From assembly GCA_937924495.1 (NCBI GenBank), contig CALDSS010000033.1, positions 13,624-77,623 on the forward strand: a stretch of DNA of 64,000 nt. Reading direction: 5' to 3'. How positions within the stretch are numbered: the stretch's first letter is position 1; each line of letters begins with the position of its first letter. This stretch comes from an uncultured Saprospiraceae bacterium. Its GTDB lineage: Bacteria > Bacteroidota > Bacteroidia > Chitinophagales > Saprospiraceae. A model generated the notes under the pieces. That model saw only the letters and a program-made list of their open reading frames with translations, did not search any database and was not told the DNA's origin. The translations under genes and the position numbers were made by a program. Of this stretch, positions 58,003-64,000 are shown one piece after another.

Positions 58003-60156
58003 ATGAACAAAAATGTAGTAGCTGTTTTCAGCTGTGCATTCCTTTTTCTTTTTGCTACAAAAAGTCTAAATGCGCAATTGCCTGAGGGGTGTTTTCCTTT
58101 TGGGCTAACCTATCCAAGTGGTTTTACCACTCAAAGCAACACACCAGAGGTATGCAATTATAATCTCTTCCGAACGATGGATGGGTCTTTTAATGATTTG
58201 AATAATGTGGATGAAGGAAAAGCACATATCGAATTTGTTAGGGAATTTCCTGCAGCCTACGATGGAGATGGTTCCACAATTTTAGATAGAGGAAATCCTC
58301 GTACCATTAGTAATACCGTTATCGCTCAGCCGACCAGTTTGCCAAGTCAAGCGGGGTTGAATCGCTTGGTTTTTACCTTTTTGCAATTTTTGGATCATGA
58401 CATTACTGCTACCGAGGAAGGAGAATCAGAGTTTGTTCCCATTCCAGTTCCAATTGGTGATCCTCAGTTCGACCCATTTAGGCAAGGTCAAGCAATAATC
58501 CCTTTCACGAGATCTCATTTTGAGGCTGGAACTGGTACTTCAACCAACAACCCAAGAATGCAACTCAACACCATTACTTCATGGATTGATGGCTCGGTCG
58601 TTTATGGCTCAGATGTGGATCGTGCCTCATGGTTACGTTCTTTTTCAGGCGGAAAACTAAAGGCCTCTTCTTCCGCTCATGGACCACTACTCCCCTACAA
58701 CACAATTGATGGTGAATATGCAAGCCCTATTGATCCAACTGCCCCTCGCATGGGAGGCGATAGAGATCATGATGGAAACCCACAGAAAATATTCGTATCA
58801 GGAGATGTTAGAGCAAGTGAACAGCCCGGGCTCACCACTTTGCACACACTTTTCATGAAGGAGCATAATAGAATATGTGACGAATTGATAGCCAATGGTT
58901 CAACAGATGATGAGTTCAATTATCAATATGCTCGAAAAATGGTTGGCGGAATTATTCAATCAATTGTGGTGTACGAGCTTTTACCGACTTTAGGAATTAA
59001 TATGATTAATGATAATTATGATCCATCAATGGCTCCCGATATTTCAACCGAATTTGCGACAGCTGCCTATCGCTTGGGGCATACTATGATATCGGATGAA
59101 TTGCAATTGATTTTTAACGAATGTAATGGAGCTGATTTTGTTGCCACGGCAAACCTTCCACTAAAAGATGCCTTTTTTAATGTTAGATTAATGACCGATT
59201 TCGGCCCCGATCCAATTATTCGAGGATTATTTGCAAATAAACAAGAAACCATTGATGAAAAAATAGTAGATGCCGCAAGAAATTTTCTTTTCGGTGCTCC
59301 AGGCTCTGGTGGAATGGATTTAGCGGCGCTAAATATCCAAAGAGGACGAGATCATGGAATTGCCGACTTCAATACAGTGCGGCAAGGATTAGGGATGTCA
59401 CCTATTACTTCTTTTAATCAAATTTCCTCCAACCCAACAACTGCCAATGCACTTCAAACTGCTTATGGAAATGTCAATAACATTGATTTGTGGGTAGGTT
59501 TATTGGCAGAAGATAAATTTCAATGGTATCCAATTGGGGAGACTTTGCATAAAATGCTTTCGCAGCAATTTGAGAAAATCATTAGAGCAGATCGCTTTTA
59601 CTTTTGGAGAGACCCTTTGCTTTCTCAAGAAGATAAAATGAAGATTTTCAATTCTCGATTTGCAGATGTTATCAAAAGAAATTCTTCGATTGAGGTGATG
59701 TCAAGTGCTTTTTATTTTCAAGGAACCTGCAATAATGTAGCAGATTATTGTCCTCCTGCTTCGAATCAAAGTAATAGCTTACATATCGAAAGAGCACTTT
59801 TCAACAAGCAATATTTTCCAACTGGCAATGACAATGGATATGCTGATAACACAAAGAATGTAATTAAATACACCCGTACTCATCCTAATTGCTTTGCTAC
59901 AGAATCAATTGGTAATCAAGGACTTACCTATTTGAAAGTCTATATTGATTTTGATAGAAACGGAGATTTTGATCCTGTCGAGTTGGTAGTTGACAAGGCA
60001 CGTTCTCAATATCATTCAGCGAATATTAGAATTCCATCTGATGTCTTTTCTGGTCTTACAAGAATGAGAGTCATCTCAAGTCCCAACCCAATTCCAGATG
60101 GATGTGCAAGTTATCATGCAGGCGAGGTAGAAGATTATTCTTTATTGATCGAATAG
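58003..60156 (+). CDS. secreted animal-type haem peroxidase family protein with C-terminal GEVED domain
   Basis: 'FLQFLDHDIT' (distal His region), 'RLGHTMI' (proximal His region), 'NIQRGRDHGI', 'DLWVGLLAED' and C-terminus 'HAGEVEDYSLLI'. Confidence 0.8.
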   Translation: MNKNVVAVFSCAFLFLFATKSLNAQLPEGCFPFGLTYPSGFTTQSNTPEVCNYNLFRTMDGSFNDLNNVDEGKAHIEFVREFPAAYDGDGSTILDRGNPRTISNTVIAQPTSLPSQAGLNRLVFTFLQFLDHDITATEEGESEFVPIPVPIGDPQFDPFRQGQAIIPFTRSHFEAGTGTSTNNPRMQLNTITSWIDGSVVYGSDVDRASWLRSFSGGKLKASSSAHGPLLPYNTIDGEYASPIDPTAPRMGGDRDHDGNPQKIFVSGDVRASEQPGLTTLHTLFMKEHNRICDELIANGSTDDEFNYQYARKMVGGIIQSIVVYELLPTLGINMINDNYDPSMAPDISTEFATAAYRLGHTMISDELQLIFNECNGADFVATANLPLKDAFFNVRLMTDFGPDPIIRGLFANKQETIDEKIVDAARNFLFGAPGSGGMDLAALNIQRGRDHGIADFNTVRQGLGMSPITSFNQISSNPTTANALQTAYGNVNNIDLWVGLLAEDKFQWYPIGETLHKMLSQQFEKIIRADRFYFWRDPLLSQEDKMKIFNSRFADVIKRNSSIEVMSSAFYFQGTCNNVADYCPPASNQSNSLHIERALFNKQYFPTGNDNGYADNTKNVIKYTRTHPNCFATESIGNQGLTYLKVYIDFDRNGDFDPVELVVDKARSQYHSANIRIPSDVFSGLTRMRVISSPNPIPDGCASYHAGEVEDYSLLIE

Positions 60157-60181
60157 ACTTTTTTATAAAAAGAACACTTCC

Positions 60182-60189
60182 TACTTTTG
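60182..60189 (+). promoter_or_regulatory. candidate -7 promoter box (TACTTTTG)
   Basis: It lies about 22 nt upstream of the ATG at 60211. Confidence 0.35.
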
Positions 60190-60210
60190 AGTCATCAAAT
60201 ACGATGATTT

Positions 60211-60990
60211 ATGAAATTGGGAAACAATATAAATGCTACAACATTGTCCGTCTTTTTGGTGGTTTGTTGTAGCATTTTTTTTATTCAAAATTTGAAGGCC
60301 ACCACTCCTTTTGAGACTGCAAATGAGGCTTACGCCAAAAAGGATTACCAATCGGCTATTTCAAATTATGAAGCTATTTTGGAAACGGGTGAATACTCTT
60401 CTGACCTTTATTACAATTTAGGAAATGCCTATTTCAAAAATGGAAACCTCGGAAAGGCAATTCTAAATTTTGAACGTGCACGTAAAAATTCGCCAAATGA
60501 CAAAGACATTTTACACAATCTGAATCATGCAAAAGTTTCTACAGTCGATGAAATTGAGCCCCTCCCACCCTTTTTTGTAACCAGTTTTTTTGGTGGAATT
60601 CGAGACCTATTTTTCTCAACGGGTTGGGCTATTTTTTCAATTCTTTTTCTTTGGATTGGGTTAGGAATTTTCATCGCTCAATTACTTCAAAAACTAAATA
60701 GCAACCAGCGAATTTTAAAAATCATTTCCATTGCAAGTTTGGTTTTAGCAGGTTTTGGAATCCTTTTCGGCTTAGCCAGAAAAAGTCATGAACTCAATTT
60801 TAAAGGGGCAATTATTATCGAAAAACAAATAGATTTCAAAAGTGCCCCGGAAGAAAATAGCGAGAACATTATGACCTTGCACGAAGGCACTAAAGTCCAA
60901 CTTTTAGATAAAATCGATAACTACCACAAAGTAAAATTAGCAGACGGCGATGAGGGTTGGATAAATGAGAAAGAGATAGAAATTATATGA
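60211..60990 (+). CDS. BatE-like TPR / SH3-domain membrane protein
   Basis: Signal peptide, TPR ('YYNLGNAYFKNGNLGKAI'), two TM helices and an SH3_3-like C-terminus ('YHKVKLADGDEGWINEKEIE'). Confidence 0.6.
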   Translation: MKLGNNINATTLSVFLVVCCSIFFIQNLKATTPFETANEAYAKKDYQSAISNYEAILETGEYSSDLYYNLGNAYFKNGNLGKAILNFERARKNSPNDKDILHNLNHAKVSTVDEIEPLPPFFVTSFFGGIRDLFFSTGWAIFSILFLWIGLGIFIAQLLQKLNSNQRILKIISIASLVLAGFGILFGLARKSHELNFKGAIIIEKQIDFKSAPEENSENIMTLHEGTKVQLLDKIDNYHKVKLADGDEGWINEKEIEII

Positions 60991-61030
60991 CAAAATAACC
61001 AATTAACTTAATCAACTAATTAAATAAGCT

Positions 61031-61639
61031 GTGGCATACACGGGAGGACTACTCAATCTACTAAACGGCAAAATGGGCATCTCAGCCCCTGAGAGAAGTG
61101 TCCCTGTGATGAAATTAATCAAAAAACACCAACCCAAATCTAAAGAAGCCCTTGTCCAACTCATCAAATATCATCATGAGCACAATTGTACTTGTGGTAT
61201 TAAAAGCCAAGGAACAATTGAAGACTTTGGTTCCAACCTTTTTTTAGCTCAAAAGGAGTTTTGGGGAGAATATAAATTCACGCTCACCGAATGCGTTCAA
61301 TGGGAATATGATTTGTTTGTAGTCCAATCTATGAGAGGTGGAATTTTGGAGAAAAAAGCACTGCGGGATTTGGCTGAAAATTTACCACAATTTCTTATTT
61401 CAGAAGCAAAGGGATATTTGGATGAAAATTTAAGGGTGGATCTTTTGGTGAAAAAGGAAGGAAAGTCTATCGCTGGCATCCAAGTGAAACCCAATACTTT
61501 TAAAAAAATGAGAGCGGAAGTGAGGGCAATGAGCAAAAAATCCAATCTAAAATGGGGCAAACCCGTTTATTATCTATTTTATGATAAAAATGAAAATTGG
61601 ATAAATCTCGCTGAAATCGTCAGAGGATTATCCGCCTAA
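61031..61639 (+). CDS. hypothetical protein with a PD-(D/E)XK-nuclease-like core (possibly restriction-endonuclease-like)
   Basis: 'LRVDLLVKKEGKSIAGIQVKP' fits D-x(n)-[EQ]-x-K after an acidic helix 'SEAKGYLDE'. GTG start in the track; ATGs at 61073 and 61109 are alternatives. Confidence 0.35.
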   Translation: MAYTGGLLNLLNGKMGISAPERSVPVMKLIKKHQPKSKEALVQLIKYHHEHNCTCGIKSQGTIEDFGSNLFLAQKEFWGEYKFTLTECVQWEYDLFVVQSMRGGILEKKALRDLAENLPQFLISEAKGYLDENLRVDLLVKKEGKSIAGIQVKPNTFKKMRAEVRAMSKKSNLKWGKPVYYLFYDKNENWINLAEIVRGLSA

Positions 61640-62407
61640 CTCCTCAACCACCTTACTCACCAATTCATCAGAAATAGTTGAAGAATGGCTGAAATGATAC
61701 AATTGCCCATCTCGTTGGGCAGTAGCATAAACATGAAAATGGTTTAAATTATTTTTAGTGCAAAATGCAGCGACTGGGTGATTTAAATCTCTTTGAATTG
61801 CTCTTTCGATATTTGTCTCTGCTGCAGTTTTGGGTTGATGAATTTGTTTTAAAATTTTTCGCATTCGAATATTAGATTCTAAACAAACAAATCCAAAAGC
61901 ACCTTGGCCAGAAGCTGGTATCAATTCCTCTGGGCGAATAGGCATTTTCAAATATTCTGCTCCAAAATGATTCGCTTGCCAAGCAGGCAATAGAATTGCA
62001 TCCGTTTCGAAATCATCACTCAATTTTTCAACTTTAGTAAAAACTAAATCCTCTCTAAAAACTTGCAATTGAGCTTTTTGTAAATCTGAAAAAATCGAAA
62101 CTGTTGCACCCTCTCCCAAATTCAACAATTTTCCATTGACCGATTTTTCCTTTTTTAGAACTAAAATTTCGGAGGCATTTTCGCGTTTCGTCAAGGCACC
62201 AATCAAAAGACCTTTTGGCCTTTCAATTGGAATTTTATGCAACGGAAGCAGTCCCACCTGAATCTTTTCGTTCAATAACTTTTCAGCCAATTCCTCAAAA
62301 TCCGCAACTTGGTTTTCTTCAATTCTTAAATCTTCCAACTGCCCTTTCAATTCATCGAGATGGCTATTTGGAATCCATTTTTCAAATCCTATTGAAATTT
62401 TACTCAT
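61628..62407 (-). CDS. divergent, short hydroxymethylbilane-synthase (HemC)-like protein
   Basis: 'LPLHKIPIERPKGLLIGALTKRENASEILV', 'DAILLPAWQANHFG' and 'IPASGQGAFGFVC' align with E. coli HemC '[30 protein letters not shown]', 'DAIILAVAGLKRLG' and 'LPAVGQGAVGIEC'. Confidence 0.6.
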   Translation of the reverse strand: MSKISIGFEKWIPNSHLDELKGQLEDLRIEENQVADFEELAEKLLNEKIQVGLLPLHKIPIERPKGLLIGALTKRENASEILVLKKEKSVNGKLLNLGEGATVSIFSDLQKAQLQVFREDLVFTKVEKLSDDFETDAILLPAWQANHFGAEYLKMPIRPEELIPASGQGAFGFVCLESNIRMRKILKQIHQPKTAAETNIERAIQRDLNHPVAAFCTKNNLNHFHVYATAQRDGQLYHFSHSSTISDELVSKVVEELGG

Positions 62408-62411
62408 AGTG

Positions 62412-62419
62412 GCAAAAAT
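62412..62419 (-). promoter_or_regulatory. candidate -7 promoter box (TATTTTTG), implying a near-leaderless transcript
   Basis: The minus strand reads TATTTTTGCCAC, ending about 5 nt before the ATG of the HemC-like gene. Confidence 0.3.
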
Positions 62420-62448
62420 AGATTTTATTAATAAAAAACTTGAGGCAC

Positions 62449-62479
62449 GCTGAGGCTGTCACTTCCTGTGACATCCTCA
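62449..62479. repeat. 13-bp-stem hairpin whose arms resemble the termini of the 130-bp repeat
   Basis: CTGAGGCTGTCAC-ttcct-GTGACATCCTCAG. GAGGCTGTC matches the copy A left terminus, and GACATCCTC is the reverse complement of the copy B left terminus. Confidence 0.55.
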
Positions 62480-62526
62480 GTTAAGAAATTCAATTAAGGT
62501 ATTTTCATCATTTAAATACAATAATT

Positions 62527-62589
62527 CGTGGGACGACTTGAGTCGTGCCACGAAAAGTCGCTCATGGTGGCACGACTAACGTCGTCCCA
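62527..62589. repeat. large inverted repeat (24-nt arms, 15-nt spacer) able to adopt two alternative folds
   Basis: GTGGGACGAC-ttga-GTCGTGCCAC ...15 nt... GTGGCACGAC-taac-GTCGTCCCAC. Confidence 0.6.
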
Positions 62590-62678
62590 CCATTTAATTT
62601 ATTCAAATACGCCTTCAACAAAATACCAAATGTAATTCCTGAATTCCTTAAATTGCCGCCCTATTTTAAAGAAATAAT

Positions 62679-64000
62679 ATGAACATCGATAAGCAGCGAA
62701 ATTATTTAAAATCGGTAATAGAAAATATGCCAGAGGATTGGATGAAACTCACCACTCATCGATTGGATATTTTTGAAGAAAAACTGGCTAAAACTCAATT
62801 TATTGACCAGTTTGAAACCTTATTCAAAGACAACAATTCTGATGCGGCTGCATTGAAAGAATTGCCAACGGCCTACGATTACATTCGATTAGGACATCCA
62901 TTGTCTTGCGTTTTGGAATGGGGAATTGCAAATCTCATTAATCTCAATCCAAAAAATGTAATTAGCTTTTCTTCTCAAACGATTCCAATTTTGGCTGTTT
63001 TAAGAACAAATTCTTTAGATAATAAAAACACTCAAATCTGCTATTCAGGTGATTTGCCAAGTGCTTTTGATGCGGCCACGCTCAAGAGTATTTATGGTTA
63101 CAACTTCGAATTAAAGAAAGTAAAAGACGCCTCAGACCTTTCCAATTTTAATGGAAGTATCATTTATATTTCTAATGAAAATGAAATTGGAAAAATCGCT
63201 CTCCATGATAATATTGACTTTTTTGTTAGTCTGCACGATGGCCTTGGAAGTGTCATTTTAATCAATGGAAAAGACAACGAACCTTATATCCCAGCGATAC
63301 AACATGTCCGAAGACGAGAGTCCGTTGCCATGACGCCTGACAATAGCTTGACTGCTTTAAAATCGCTTGTAAATCAAACAGTAATTGACCAGAAAAAAAG
63401 CAATTACGAAGCAAATAAAAAATTGGTTTTGGATTCGATTGCAACGATTACCGGCACCAAAACCAAAGCATTGCTTGGCTCAAGTGGATTGTCAATTCAA
63501 TACGCGATTGCGATGGGGCTTATTGATGATGCCAACGAAAATCACAAAGGAAAAGCCATAAAATTTGTCGTTCCGCCAAACTGTTATGGTGGAACAAATG
63601 ATCAGGCAAGACGCGTTGCAGCTACGCTTGAGCATGTCGAAGTGGTCGATTTGCCCGTTGATGGTGGCAATGATATGGTGGAGGGAATCAATATCGTTTT
63701 AGATAAAATTGCGCAGGAAGATGCCATTCCCTACATAATCGCTGAGATACCGACCAACCCACGAGTAGAAGTTCCAGATTTGATAAAATTGAAAGCGGCA
63801 TTAAGCAAAAAACGTAAAACGGCAGCAGGTGAAACTGCAATCGATCCTGTTTTCATTTTGGATCAAACCTTTTGTCCAAATGTTCACTTTTTGGGAGAAG
63901 GGGAAATACTCTCGACCGTTCGGACAATCGTCTATGCAAGTGGTTCAAAGTTTCCGAGTGGAGGACGTTGCACCGCTGGCTACTGTGTTGGAAATAAAAA
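62679..64000 (+). CDS. Cys/Met-metabolism PLP-dependent enzyme family protein with a long N-terminal extension (3' end outside the window)
   Basis: This is my own translation; the ORF is not in the track because it runs off the window. '...LLGSSGLSIQYAIAMGL', 'PPNCYGGTNDQ', 'IIAEIPTNPRVEVPD', 'ILDQTFCPN' and 'YASGSKFPSGG' (PLP-Lys candidate). Confidence 0.6.
   Translation, partial: MNIDKQRNYLKSVIENMPEDWMKLTTHRLDIFEEKLAKTQFIDQFETLFKDNNSDAAALKELPTAYDYIRLGHPLSCVLEWGIANLINLNPKNVISFSSQTIPILAVLRTNSLDNKNTQICYSGDLPSAFDAATLKSIYGYNFELKKVKDASDLSNFNGSIIYISNENEIGKIALHDNIDFFVSLHDGLGSVILINGKDNEPYIPAIQHVRRRESVAMTPDNSLTALKSLVNQTVIDQKKSNYEANKKLVLDSIATITGTKTKALLGSSGLSIQYAIAMGLIDDANENHKGKAIKFVVPPNCYGGTNDQARRVAATLEHVEVVDLPVDGGNDMVEGINIVLDKIAQEDAIPYIIAEIPTNPRVEVPDLIKLKAALSKKRKTAAGETAIDPVFILDQTFCPNVHFLGEGEILSTVRTIVYASGSKFPSGGRCTAGYCVGNK

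Noticed and set aside
62395-62410. One-nucleotide disagreement between my hand count of the printed sequence and the ORF-track coordinates (T-run at about 62398-62401)
   Set aside because: This is most likely my own reading or counting error in a homopolymer, not a frameshift. Two independent track ORFs (62215-62409 + and 61628-62407 -) agree with each other, so I kept the track coordinates. Nearby motif coordinates should be treated as +/-1 nt.
1-64000. Genomic island or mobile element at large scale (composition shift, integrase, tRNA-flanked insertion)
   Set aside because: Composition looks uniform by eye. No integrase, transposase or phage genes were recognised. Neither tRNA gene is followed by a direct repeat of its 3' end that I could find.

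Overview
AT-rich chromosomal segment that reads like core genome of a Bacteroidota (Flavobacteriia/Cytophagia-like) organism. The evidence is five proteins with type-A T9SS C-terminal sorting domains, TAnnTTTG-type -7 promoter boxes, no obvious Shine-Dalgarno sites and a complete Na+-NQR operon. I support about 50 CDS. They include aat (partial); two MbnP-like lipoproteins plus a di-haem peroxidase; sbcC; trmH-like; acpH; yggS; lemA; a TPR histidine kinase; pyrR-pyrB; etfBA; a YdiJ-like FAD/Fe-S dehydrogenase; nqrABCDEF; fur; dapD; lgt; an animal-type haem peroxidase; and a partial PLP enzyme. There are also 2 tRNAs (Met-CAU, Phe-GAA), several Rho-independent terminators and about 10 candidate promoters. 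I saw no transposase, integrase, CRISPR array, rRNA, prophage or recognisable defence island, and I cannot point to a convincing novel multi-gene system. The most unusual items are: (1) a ~130-bp highly structured repeat with 14-nt terminal inverted repeats, in two copies 15 kb apart, each just 3' of a T9SS cargo gene, plus a core-less hairpin made of the same termini; (2) an OmpA-like gene paired with a membrane-anchored V/E/K/I hexapeptide-repeat (PEVK-like) protein ending in a helix-hairpin-helix domain; (3) a secreted 1008-aa protein with ~800 aa of A/E/K-rich 11-residue repeats; (4) NqrA with a ~95-aa hydrophobic N-terminal extension; (5) a HemC-like protein lacking the catalytic Arg/Cys residues; (6) a tandem MbnP-like/MbnH-like cluster. 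CDS coordinates follow the supplied ORF track. Small motif coordinates were counted by hand and may be off by 1-2 nt. All functional calls come from motif recognition and remembered family consensus, not database searches.
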